Below, piece after piece: positions 28,438 to 37,485 of a DNA stretch of 47,562 bases. The notes beneath the pieces were generated by a model. The model was not told the origin of the DNA. It saw only the letters and a program-made list of their open reading frames with translations, and made no database searches. Source of the stretch: Thermodesulfobacteriota bacterium (lineage in GTDB: Bacteria; DASVDK01); assembly GCA_036381125.1 (NCBI GenBank), contig DASVDK010000070.1, positions 1 through 47,562 on the forward strand, given 5' to 3'. The translations under genes were made by a program, and so were the position numbers. Numbering within the stretch: position 1 is the first letter of the stretch; every line of letters begins with the position of its first letter.

Positions 28438-30761
28438 GGGACGGCGAGCGCATCGCGCCGGCAGGCGCCGTCGAGGCGAGCGGCTCCGAGGCGGAGCGAG
28501 CCGTGGGCCCGGGCGGAGCCGAAGTCGGTGCGCCCGCCGTTCGCGGCGCGGAGCCCGACCGCGAACCGTCGAAGGACGTGAGCTGGCGCATCGAGGACGA
28601 CATCGCCATCGTCACGCTCGACCGTCGGGGGGCGACCGCCAACGTCCTCGGCACGCCGGTCATGATGCGCCTCAACGAGGTGTGGGGCGAGATCGAGCGG
28701 GCGGTCTCGGCCGGGTACGTCCGCGGCGTCGTGATCATCAGCGGCAAGCCGGACATCTTCGTGGCGGGCGCCGACGTGAACGAGATCGCGTCGATCACCG
28801 ACCCGTCGGCGGGCGAGGAGGCCGCGGCCCGCGGGCAGGCCATCTTCGAGCGGCTCGCGCGGCTGCCGGTGAAGACGATCGCCGCCATCCACGGCGCCTG
28901 CGTCGGCGGCGGGCTCGAGATGGTCCTCGCGTGCGCCATGCGCATCGCCACCGACGACCCCAGGACGCGCCTCGGGCTGCCGGAGGTCACGCTCGGGATC
29001 ATCCCGGGCTTCGGCGGCACGCAGCGGCTGCCGCGGCTGATCGGCCTCGAGCCGGCGCTCGACCTGATCCTCACCGGCCGCCTCGTGGACGCGAAGCAGG
29101 CGCGCCGTATCGGTCTCGTCGACGACGTCGTGGCGAAGCCGATCCTCCTCGACTGGGCCAAGCGGTACGCGAGCGGCGAGGTGCAGCCCCGCCGCCGCCC
29201 CGCCCCGCTCGCCGCCCGGGCGCGGCGCACGCTCCTCGAGCGCTTCGGCGTCGGCCGCGACCTCGTCTTCAAGCAGGCCGAGAAGCGGGTGCGGGCGCGG
29301 ACCGGCGGCAAGTACCCGGCGCCGCTCAGGGCGATCGAGGCGGTGCGCAGCGGCCTCGGCAAGCCGATGCCCGAGGCGCTGGCCGTGGAGGCGCGCATCG
29401 TCGGCCCGCTCCTCGCGAGCGACATCTGCAAGTCGCTCGCGGGCCTCTACCTCCTCTCCGAGCAGGCCAAGAAGCAGGCCGCGGACGCCGCGCGGCCGGT
29501 CGCCCGCCTCGGCGTCCTGGGCGCCGGCATCATGGGCGCGGGGATCGCGCAGTCGGCCGCGCAGGCCGGCCTGCCGGTGCGGCTGCGCGACGTCTCCGTC
29601 GCCGCGCTCGCGGCCGGCATGAAGGCCGCGGCCGCGGTCCCGCGGGAGGCCGTGCGCCGCCGGCGCATGACGCCGGTCGACATGCGCCGCCAGATGGGCC
29701 GCATCTCGGCCACCACCGACTGGCGCGGCTTCGCGCGTTGCGACCTCGTCATCGAGGCCGTCGTGGAGGACCTCGAGGTGAAGCGCACGGTGCTGGCCCA
29801 GGCGGCCGCCGCCGCGCCGGGCGCCCTGCTCGCCACCAACACCTCCTCGATCGCCATCGACGCCATCGCCGAGGGGCTGCCCGATCCCTCGCGCCTCGTC
29901 GGGATCCACTTCTTCAACCCCGTGCACCGGATGCCGCTCGTCGAGGTCGTGCGCGGAGCCCGGACGGCCGAGGAGGCCGTGGCGACCGCCGTCGCCTTCG
30001 CGCGCCGCCTCGGCAAGACGCCGATCGTCGTGAAGGATGGGCCGGGCTTCCTCGTGAACCGCCTCCTTGCGCCCTACCTGGCCGAGGCCGTGCGCTGCGT
30101 CGTCGATCGCGTCCCGATCGAGACGATCGACCGCGCCATGACGGACTTCGGGATGGCGATGGGGCCGCTCGCGGTCCTGGACGAGGTCGGGTTCGACACG
30201 GCCGCCAGGGTGTCGCGCGTGCTCGAGGCCGGCCTGGGCGAGCGGATGGCGCCGGCGCCCGGCATGGCGCGGCTGCTCGAGGCGGGGCGCAAGGGCAAGA
30301 AGGGGGGCGGGGGGTTCTACGTGTACGACAGGACCGGCAAGCGGCTCGGCCCCGACCGCGCCGTGTACGCGGTCCTCGGCGTGCCGGCCCCCTCGAGAGG
30401 CGAGACCGCGAAGGCGGCTCCGCGGGGCGACGGCCCCTCGGCGCTCGGCCCCATTGCCGACGTGCCGGCCCCCGAGCTGGTCGAGCGGCTCCTCTATCCG
30501 ATGATCAACGAGGCGGCGCGGGTGCTCGACGAGGGGATCGTCGCCGGGCCCGAGTGGGTCGACCTGGCCATGGTGCTCGGGACCGGCTTCGCCCCCTTCC
30601 GGGGCGGCCCGCTCCGTTACGCCGACCGCGTGGGGCTCCCCGCCGTCGTGAGCCGCCTGCGGGAGCTGGCCGCCGCCCACGGCCCCCGCTTCGAGCCGGC
30701 GCCGGCCCTCGTGGCGCGCGCGTCGTCGGGTCAGCGCTTCCTGCCGCCCACCAGGCCGTAG
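28434..30761 (+). CDS. fadJ: Fatty-acid oxidation complex alpha subunit (enoyl-CoA hydratase / 3-hydroxyacyl-CoA dehydrogenase)
   Basis: FVAGAD, GGGLE, GLPEVTLG…PGFGGTQRLPRLIG, GVLGAGIMGAGIA, IEAVVED, ATNTSS, HFFNP. The start could instead be the GTG at 28578. Confidence 0.88.
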   Translation: MRDGERIAPAGAVEASGSEAERAVGPGGAEVGAPAVRGAEPDREPSKDVSWRIEDDIAIVTLDRRGATANVLGTPVMMRLNEVWGEIERAVSAGYVRGVVIISGKPDIFVAGADVNEIASITDPSAGEEAAARGQAIFERLARLPVKTIAAIHGACVGGGLEMVLACAMRIATDDPRTRLGLPEVTLGIIPGFGGTQRLPRLIGLEPALDLILTGRLVDAKQARRIGLVDDVVAKPILLDWAKRYASGEVQPRRRPAPLAARARRTLLERFGVGRDLVFKQAEKRVRARTGGKYPAPLRAIEAVRSGLGKPMPEALAVEARIVGPLLASDICKSLAGLYLLSEQAKKQAADAARPVARLGVLGAGIMGAGIAQSAAQAGLPVRLRDVSVAALAAGMKAAAAVPREAVRRRRMTPVDMRRQMGRISATTDWRGFARCDLVIEAVVEDLEVKRTVLAQAAAAAPGALLATNTSSIAIDAIAEGLPDPSRLVGIHFFNPVHRMPLVEVVRGARTAEEAVATAVAFARRLGKTPIVVKDGPGFLVNRLLAPYLAEAVRCVVDRVPIETIDRAMTDFGMAMGPLAVLDEVGFDTAARVSRVLEAGLGERMAPAPGMARLLEAGRKGKKGGGGFYVYDRTGKRLGPDRAVYAVLGVPAPSRGETAKAAPRGDGPSALGPIADVPAPELVERLLYPMINEAARVLDEGIVAGPEWVDLAMVLGTGFAPFRGGPLRYADRVGLPAVVSRLRELAAAHGPRFEPAPALVARASSGQRFLPPTRP

Positions 30762-30762
30762 C

Positions 30763-30957
30763 CGGGGTCAGGTCTTTCCATTTTCCACGGGGTCAGGTCT
30801 TTCCGTTTTCCAGGGGGTCTGACCCCACTCGTTTTCCAGGGGGTCAGGTCTTTCCATTTTCCAGGCACAGGCAAACGGTGGGGTCCGACCCCGCTCGTGT
30901 GCCACGGGCCGCCGCCGACCCGTCCCCCGCTCCTCATCCCACGGTGATCCGCGCTAG
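30763..30957 (+). repeat. Four-unit cassette, degenerate fifth unit and GC-rich tail of the dispersed element
   Basis: Units at 30763-30787, 30788-30812, 30813-30838 (B) and 30839-30863; degenerate B at 30879-30904; tail cgggccgcc…gctcctc…gatccg..ctag. Starts 1 bp after the fadJ stop. Confidence 0.95.
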
Positions 30958-33900
30958 ACAGTTGCGGCCCGGCCGGCGTCGGCGGCGGACGTCCCGCGGG
31001 GCCGGACGGGAAGGCGGACGACGAACGTGCTGCCCCGGCCGGGCCCCTCGCTCTCGGCGTGGATCGTCCCCCCGTGCAGGGAGACGATCTGCCGGCAGAT
31101 GGAGAGCCCGAGGCCGGTCCCGCGCACCGACCGCATCCGTCGCTCGCCCTGCCGACTCCTCGCCGGCCCGGCCGCCGGCTGGTAGAAGGGCTCGAAGATC
31201 CGCTCGAGCTGGTCGGGCTGCAGGCCCTCCCCCGTGTCGTGCACGCGCAGGACGATCGCCTCCGCGTCGGTCGCCGGGCCGCCGTCGCGCCGCGCGTCGA
31301 TGTCCACGCGCCCGCCAGGCGGCGTGAACTTGATGGCGTTGGAGAGGAGGTTCAGGAGAACCTGCTCGACCTTGAGGCGGTCGCCCGACAGGACGAGGTC
31401 CGGCGGCACCCGGGATTGCAGGGCGACCCCGCGCTCGCGGGCCTGCGCCTCGGTGATGGCCACCGCGTCGGCCGCGACCTGGGCGAGGGCGATCGACTCG
31501 AGGCGGAGCGGATCGCGCCCCGCGGCAAGCTTCGACGCGTCGAGCAGCTCGTTCACGAGGCTCGACATCGTGACGAGGCTGCGCGCGGCGATCTCGACGA
31601 GCGTCTCGGGGCTCTCGGCGAGGCGCCCCGCGAGGACCCGGCCGAGCAGGCGCACGGTGCCGAGCGCCGAGGTGAGCGGCGTCCTGAGCTCGTGCGAGGC
31701 ACGGGCGAGGAAGGCGTCGCGCGCGGCGACCGCGGCCCGCGCCTCCTCGTAGAGCCGGGCGTTGTCGATCGCCAGGGCGGCCCGTCGGGCGAGGTCGACG
31801 GCGATCTCGAGGTCGGCGTCCCCGAATCGGCGCCCCGACGTCGAGGCGCCGAAGATCATCGCCCCCAGGGTCCGGCCCCGCGCGACGAGCGGTACGAACA
31901 TGCTCGATGTCGGTGCGAGCACGTGGACGAGCGCGCGATACTCGGGGTCCGGCATGTCGAGGTCGGCCTCGCCCGCCTCCGTCACCAGCTCGGCCCGCCC
32001 CGTCCGGATCACCCGCGCCGACGGGTGACTCGGGTGGACCGTGTAGCGGCCGAGGCGCTCGATGACGGCCGCCTTCTCGGGATCGACGTGCGCGAGGGCG
32101 GCGCGGCGGATCGACCCGTCCGGCTCGAGCAGGTCGACGACGCACCAGTCGGCAACGACCGGCACGGCGAGGCGCGTCACCTCCGAGAGGGTTGCCTGGT
32201 AGTCGAGGGAGGAGGAAAGGACCTCGCTCGCCCCCGCGACGAACCGCAGCGCGTCCTCCGCCCGACTGCGCTCGGTCACGTCGAGCGAGACGGCGATCAC
32301 GCCGCCGATGCGCCCGGTGTCGTCGACGAGCGGCTCGAAGTGCGACTGGAAGACGCGGCCGGCCCACTGCGCCCGGTACGCGACCGGCTCGCCCGCGAGG
32401 GCGCGGCGGATGACGGCGATCTCGGGGAAGTCGGGGTCGTCGGTCCCGAGGTACTCGTACATCGAGCGACCGACGAGCTCTCCGGGCCGCAACCCGAGGT
32501 TCGCAAGCCCCGCGCCGGTCGAGACCGTGATCCGGAGGTCCGGCCCGACCGCCCAGAGGACCGCCGGGACCCGCTCCGTGATGAACCTGAGCTGCGCCTC
32601 GCTCGCCCCGAGGCGTTCGGCGGCCTCGCGCTCGGCCGTCACGTCGACGAACGTGATGACTCCGGCGACGATCCGGCCCTCGCCGTCCCGGATCGGCGCG
32701 GCCGAGACCCGCACGCGGACGCGGCGGCCGCCGACCTGCTCGACGTCGAGCTCCTCGCCGCTCACGGTCTCGCCGCGGCGGATGGCGCGCGCCAGCGGCC
32801 AGTCGTCCGGCCGGAGCCGGCGGCCGTCCGTGCGGGTCGCGGTCCAGGCGTCGCCGTAGTGCTCGATGTCGTCGGGGAGCCTCGCCGGTCTGCCGAGGAT
32901 CTCGGCGGCGTGCCGGTTCGCGAGGACGATGCGGCCGGACGGCGCCTCGGCGAGGATCACCCCGGCGGGCAACTGGCGGACGATCGCCTCGAACTGGTTG
33001 CGCGACGCGGCCAGGAGCGCCGCCTGCCGCTCGAGCTGCCGCGTTCGCGCCTCGAGCTCGCCGGCCATGACGTTGAAGCTCTCGGCGAGCCACCGGAGTT
33101 CGCGGCACCCTCGCACGTCGACCCGCCGGCCGAGATCCCCCGTGGCGAGCGCCGACGCGGCCGAGGCGATCTGCGCCAGGGAGCGGGCCGAGAGCCAGCG
33201 GGAGAGCGCCACCGAGAGGCCGGCGCAGAGGAGCGTCACGGCAAGCCCGCCCGCGAGCGCCGTCTCCCCCCCTGGGAGCCGCCGGCGGCCTCCCTCGTTC
33301 GGTTCGAGGGCGGCGACGGCCCAGCCGAGTCCGGGGACCGGGACGATCGCGCCGAAGCACGACGGGCCGGTGGACGGGCCCGGCCCGTGCTCCACGCGCG
33401 CCGGCCGGCCGCGCAGCGCCTCGGCGACGGCCGGTACGACGGAGAGGTCCCACGCTCGCCAGTCGGACCGCGACGATCGGCCGTGAACGACCACGCGCCC
33501 CGTGTGGTCGAGGACGACCGGGACGCTGCGGCCGGACGGGACCACCCCGAGCGCTCGCGCGAGCCGATCGGCCGGGACCCCGGCGAGGAGCGTGCGGTCC
33601 GGAGCGCCGTGCGGCCCCCGGATCGGCGCCCGGACGAGGACGCCGGGCACCGCGCCCGGCAGGTCGGCGGCGATCGCGTCGGCGGCCCAGGTCGGCGAGG
33701 AGCGGTGAGCGTCGACGACGCCGGCAAGGCCCCGGTGCGCCGTCGCACCCGGGTCGGCGTCGACGATCCGTCCGTCCCGGTCCAGGACGACGGCGAAGTC
33801 GATGTCGGGCTGCGACCGCCGCAGATCGCGGAGCACCGCGTGCGCGGCCGGTCCGCGGCGCGGGGATTCGAGGCTCCGGGCCGCCGCCTGGACGGCCGCG

Positions 33901-34157
33901 AGGTAGTCGCCGACCACGATCGTGGTCGTGCGCGCGAGCGCCCGTGCCGCCTGGGCGTGCCCCGCGAAGGCCGACTCTTCGGCATGCCGCCGCATCCGGT
34001 TCACGGCCAGGATGCCGGTGAGAGCGGCCAGCAGGGCGATGACGATGGGAAAGACGGGGAGCGCGCGGCGCTGGCGCCGCCAGGAGAGGGGCGGTGACGC
34101 GGGGTGAGCGGGGCCGGCGGCCGCGGACCCGGGGGCCGGCGGTCTGTCCTGGTCCAT
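30954..34157 (-). CDS. Membrane sensor histidine kinase (Cache-like, HAMP, PAS, PAS, GAF, HisKA, HATPase)
   Basis: Two TM segments, HAMP (ALATGDL…ELRWLAESFNVM), H-box FLARASHELRTPL, NLLSNAIKFT, DTGEG, GTGLGLSIC; SD GGGAGGG. Confidence 0.92.
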   Translation of the reverse strand: MDQDRPPAPGSAAAGPAHPASPPLSWRRQRRALPVFPIVIALLAALTGILAVNRMRRHAEESAFAGHAQAARALARTTTIVVGDYLAAVQAAARSLESPRRGPAAHAVLRDLRRSQPDIDFAVVLDRDGRIVDADPGATAHRGLAGVVDAHRSSPTWAADAIAADLPGAVPGVLVRAPIRGPHGAPDRTLLAGVPADRLARALGVVPSGRSVPVVLDHTGRVVVHGRSSRSDWRAWDLSVVPAVAEALRGRPARVEHGPGPSTGPSCFGAIVPVPGLGWAVAALEPNEGGRRRLPGGETALAGGLAVTLLCAGLSVALSRWLSARSLAQIASAASALATGDLGRRVDVRGCRELRWLAESFNVMAGELEARTRQLERQAALLAASRNQFEAIVRQLPAGVILAEAPSGRIVLANRHAAEILGRPARLPDDIEHYGDAWTATRTDGRRLRPDDWPLARAIRRGETVSGEELDVEQVGGRRVRVRVSAAPIRDGEGRIVAGVITFVDVTAEREAAERLGASEAQLRFITERVPAVLWAVGPDLRITVSTGAGLANLGLRPGELVGRSMYEYLGTDDPDFPEIAVIRRALAGEPVAYRAQWAGRVFQSHFEPLVDDTGRIGGVIAVSLDVTERSRAEDALRFVAGASEVLSSSLDYQATLSEVTRLAVPVVADWCVVDLLEPDGSIRRAALAHVDPEKAAVIERLGRYTVHPSHPSARVIRTGRAELVTEAGEADLDMPDPEYRALVHVLAPTSSMFVPLVARGRTLGAMIFGASTSGRRFGDADLEIAVDLARRAALAIDNARLYEEARAAVAARDAFLARASHELRTPLTSALGTVRLLGRVLAGRLAESPETLVEIAARSLVTMSSLVNELLDASKLAAGRDPLRLESIALAQVAADAVAITEAQARERGVALQSRVPPDLVLSGDRLKVEQVLLNLLSNAIKFTPPGGRVDIDARRDGGPATDAEAIVLRVHDTGEGLQPDQLERIFEPFYQPAAGPARSRQGERRMRSVRGTGLGLSICRQIVSLHGGTIHAESEGPGRGSTFVVRLPVRPRGTSAADAGRAATV

Positions 34158-34317
34158 GGCGGTCCCTCCCGGGCCGGGAGGCGGGCCTCACGGCGCCGGT
34201 CCGCTGTACGTACAGTGGGCGAAAAGGGACCAAGCCTAGGGAATGGACCGGCCGGCGGCAAGAGGCGAACGCTCGTCTGCCGGGCACGCACCTGCGCGGC
34301 TCCCGTGGGGACCGACC

Positions 34318-36003
34318 TTACGGGCTCCCGTGCGATGCCGACAGGCGGGAGGCGGCGACGACCGGGGAGGGGAGCCGCGTCGGCCAGAGGCCCGCCTCGA
34401 TCCCGCGGAGCAGCTCGTCGAGCCCCTCGCCCTCGCGCGCGCTGACGGCGACCGCGCCGTGAAGGCGCGCGAGCGACTCCCACTCCTCCTCGGGAAGCCG
34501 ATCACGCTTGTTGAAGACGAGCAGCCTCGGCCGCTCGCCGAGCCCCAGCTCGGCGAGGATCCCGTCGACGGCCGCCTTCTGCGAGGGCCAGTCGGGGTTG
34601 CTCACGTCGACGACGTGGAGGAGGAGGTCCGCGTACTCGAGCTCCTCGAGCGTCGCCCGGAACGCCGCGACGAGGTCCTTCGGCAGGTCGCGGATGAAGC
34701 CGACCGTGTCGGTGACGACCGCCTCGCGCGCCTCGGGGAACCTGAGCCGCCGGACCGTGGGGTCGAGCGTGGCGAAGAGGAGGTTCTCGGCGTAGACGTC
34801 GCTGTTGGTGAGGCGGCTGAGCAGCGTCGACTTGCCCGCGTTCGTGTACCCCACGATCGAGAGCACGGGCAGCCCTCCGGCCTCGCGCCTGGCCCGCCGC
34901 TGGCCGCGTCCCCGCGAGAGCGCCTCCACCTGCTTCTCGAGCTGGCGGATCCGCTCGCGCACCCGCCGGCGGTCGGTCTCGAGCTTCGTCTCGCCGGGAC
35001 CTCGCGTCCCGATGCCGCCGCCGAGGCGCGAGAGGCGGCCGTCCTGCGCGACGAGGCGCGGCAGCGAGTACCGGAGCTGCGCCAGCTCCACCTGGAGCTT
35101 GCCGTCCCGGCTCTGCGCCCGCCGGGCGAAGATGTCGAGGATGAGCTGCGTCCGGTCGACGACGGTGAGATCGGTGGACTCGTTGATCGAGCGCACCTGG
35201 GCCGGCGTCAGGTTCTGGTCGAAGACGATGTGGTCGGCGCCGAGCCTGAGGCCCTGCATGATCAGCTCGTCGAGCTTCCCCTTGCCGAGGAGGTACTTCG
35301 GGTCGAGCCTCGGCCGGCGCTGGATGACCGAGTCGAGGACGACGATGTCGTCCGACCGGGCCAGCTCCTTCAGCTCCTCCAGCGAGGCCTCCGGACGATT
35401 CGAGCGGTCGGTCGTGACCGAGACGAGGATCGCGCGCGGCCGCGTGTCGCGCACGTCGCGGGCGCCCTGGGCGCGCGCGATCTCGTCCTCGAGGGCCTGC
35501 ACGAACTCGGCGAAGTCGAGCCGATCGAGGGCGTAGGCCGGCGACGGCGGCAGCAGCCGCCAGTTCTCGTTCCTGGCGTTCGGCGGGAGGATGTGCGCGA
35601 GGTGCACCAGTCCCGGCGTGCCGTCGTCCGCCACGTCGATCACGCCCATCATGTCGAGGCGCAGGAGCGCGAGGTCGGTCAGGTCCTCCTTGGTGAGCCC
35701 GCTGCCGCCGAGCCGGGTGTGGAGCACCCGGACGCCGGCGAGTCGGCCGGGACCGGTCCGGGCCCGCCTGAGTTCCGGGATGGTGATCCGCCTCGCATCG
35801 CCCACCAGGACCCGCTCGAGGCCGGCGTTGCGGTCGATCAGGACGCCGATCTGGCGGCCGATCTCGTGGGAGAGCTCCGCGAGGAACCGGGTCAGCTCGT
35901 AGGTGATGACCTCGTGTGCGGGCACGCGTCGGCGGAGGATCCGCTCGAGCTGCTTGATCTCGGAAGGCTTGAGTCCGAGGGTGTTGCCGTAGAGCTTGTC
36001 GAT
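34318..36003 (-). CDS. hflX: GTPase HflX with N-terminal extension; probable ATC start
   Basis: DRTQLILDIFARRA, GKLQVELAQLRY, GTRGPGETKLETDRR, VGYTNAGKST, LFATLDPT, DTVGFI, NKRD. Protein-like N-terminus IDKLYGNTLGLKPSEIKQLERI reaches ATC at 36003. Confidence 0.93.
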   Translation of the reverse strand: MDKLYGNTLGLKPSEIKQLERILRRRVPAHEVITYELTRFLAELSHEIGRQIGVLIDRNAGLERVLVGDARRITIPELRRARTGPGRLAGVRVLHTRLGGSGLTKEDLTDLALLRLDMMGVIDVADDGTPGLVHLAHILPPNARNENWRLLPPSPAYALDRLDFAEFVQALEDEIARAQGARDVRDTRPRAILVSVTTDRSNRPEASLEELKELARSDDIVVLDSVIQRRPRLDPKYLLGKGKLDELIMQGLRLGADHIVFDQNLTPAQVRSINESTDLTVVDRTQLILDIFARRAQSRDGKLQVELAQLRYSLPRLVAQDGRLSRLGGGIGTRGPGETKLETDRRRVRERIRQLEKQVEALSRGRGQRRARREAGGLPVLSIVGYTNAGKSTLLSRLTNSDVYAENLLFATLDPTVRRLRFPEAREAVVTDTVGFIRDLPKDLVAAFRATLEELEYADLLLHVVDVSNPDWPSQKAAVDGILAELGLGERPRLLVFNKRDRLPEEEWESLARLHGAVAVSAREGEGLDELLRGIEAGLWPTRLPSPVVAASRLSASHGSP

Positions 36004-36118
36004 AGTGTCAGCGCCTCCATGTTACCTATCACTGTATCACGCTGGCACGAGACGCGCATGCCCCGGAGACGCGAGCGGCGCCGGAAGGCGCCGGGAGCCG
36101 TTGTCGGAAGGGGGCGCC

Positions 36119-36679
36119 ATGAGCGGACTCGTGCTCGGCGTCGCGCTCGGCCTGCTCGCAGCGCTGGCCGGGCCGGCCGCCGCCGCCGCGCCGGGGGACC
36201 CGGACTACGCGCAGCGGGTGGTGAACGAGGAGGTGGCCCGCCTCCACCAGGAGGCGCGAGGCCTCGCGCAGGCCGGGCGGCACGACGAGGCGCTGCGGAC
36301 CTACCGGCGCATCCTCGCCGTCAAGCCCGACGACCTCGACGCCCAGACCGCGCAGGCCCGCATCACCGCGTGGAGCGGCGACCATGCCCGCGCCGAGGCG
36401 CTCTACCGCGCCGTGCTCGAGCGGCGGCCCGACCACGCCGACGCCCTGACCGGCCTGGGAGACGTCCGCTCCTGGCGCGGCGACCTCGAGGGGGCGCGCC
36501 AGGCGTACGAGCGAGCCCTCGCCGCGGCGCCCGATCACGTCGACGCGCTCAAGGGCCTGGGGAAGCTCTCGCGATGGGCCGGCGATACGGCGGCGTCCCG
36601 GCAGTACTACACGCAGGCGCTCCGCCGGGCGCCGACCGACGCCGAGGCGCGCGACGCCATCCGCGCGCTCGGGCAGTGA
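36119..36679 (+). CDS. Exported tetratricopeptide repeat protein
   Basis: Signal peptide MSGLVLGVALGLLAALAGPAAAA; four TPR-like units (EALRTYRRILAVKPD, AEALYRAVLERRPD, ARQAYERALAAAPD, SRQYYTQALRRAPT). Confidence 0.85.
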   Translation: MSGLVLGVALGLLAALAGPAAAAAPGDPDYAQRVVNEEVARLHQEARGLAQAGRHDEALRTYRRILAVKPDDLDAQTAQARITAWSGDHARAEALYRAVLERRPDHADALTGLGDVRSWRGDLEGARQAYERALAAAPDHVDALKGLGKLSRWAGDTAASRQYYTQALRRAPTDAEARDAIRALGQ

Positions 36680-36709
36680 AGCCGGTGTTCGGCGCTGGCG
36701 CGGAAAACG

Positions 36710-37462
36710 TCAGATGACGAAGCGGGCGAGGTCGGTCGCCAGCGTGAGCGGCCCCGAGTACCCGGCCCGCCGCACCGCGCCGACGATATCGGTCTCGAGC
36801 ACGGCCGGGTAGAAGTGGGTCAGCACGAGGTGCGCCGGCCGCGCCGCGGCGGCGATGCGGCCGCACCGGGTCGGCGTGAGGTGGCTCTCGATCGGCTCGT
36901 GGTCCGGCTGCGCGCACTCGAGCAGCAGGAGGTCGGCGCCCCGCGCGGCCTCCACGATCTGCGGGCACTCCCCGACGTCGCCCGAGTAGACCAGCGTCCG
37001 TCCCTCGAAGCCGAGCCGGTAGGCGACCGACGGCTTCGTGTGCACCACCTCGCGCGCCTCGACCTCCACCGGGCCGACCGTCGCGCGGGCGTCGAGGAGG
37101 TCGCGCACCTCGAGGCCGTAGGGCGGACGATCGAGCCACGGCGCGTTGACGCGCGCGAGGTCCTCCACGTAGTCCCGCATGCCCGGCGGCCCGATCACCA
37201 GGAGCGGCGCGGTCCGGCCGAAGCGGGGGATCGCGAGGGTGAAGAGGATCTGCGGCAGGTCGCTCACGTGGTCGAGGTGTCGGTGGGAGACCAGGATCGC
37301 GTCCACGTCCTGGAGCCGCATCCCCGCCTTCGCGAGCTGGCGGTGCGTCCCGGCGCCGCAGTCGAGAAGGAGGGTGGTGCCGCCGGCGCGGACGGCGTAC
37401 CCCGGCAGCCCCCGATCGGGGACCGGGAACGACGTGCCCGATCCCAGGACGATCAGCTCCAT
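36710..37462 (-). CDS. MBL-fold metallo-hydrolase (RNase Z/AtsA-like)
   Basis: LIVLGSG, LLDCGAG, SHRHLDH, YSGD, LLLLEC, LVLTHFYP. Confidence 0.9.
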   Translation of the reverse strand: MELIVLGSGTSFPVPDRGLPGYAVRAGGTTLLLDCGAGTHRQLAKAGMRLQDVDAILVSHRHLDHVSDLPQILFTLAIPRFGRTAPLLVIGPPGMRDYVEDLARVNAPWLDRPPYGLEVRDLLDARATVGPVEVEAREVVHTKPSVAYRLGFEGRTLVYSGDVGECPQIVEAARGADLLLLECAQPDHEPIESHLTPTRCGRIAAAARPAHLVLTHFYPAVLETDIVGAVRRAGYSGPLTLATDLARFVI

Positions 37463-37485
37463 GGCGCAATGGTATCATCGCCGCC
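37463..37485. promoter_or_regulatory. 23-bp bidirectional leaderless promoter with overlapping -10 hexamers
   Basis: Minus TACCAT (37469-37474)-N6-ATG 37462; plus TATCAT (37473-37478)-N7-ATG 37486. Confidence 0.65.

Noticed and set aside
31059-34097. 1012-aa + strand ORF and many other long R/A/P/G-rich overlapping ORFs (e.g. 28409-31327, 11494-13833, 7862-10516)
   Set aside because: Typical stop-poor shadow frames of GC-rich coding DNA; no motifs, and they overlap well-supported genes.
34204-34215. LexA/SOS box
   Set aside because: CTGT and ACAG are separated by 4 nt, not the 8 nt of the gammaproteobacterial box.
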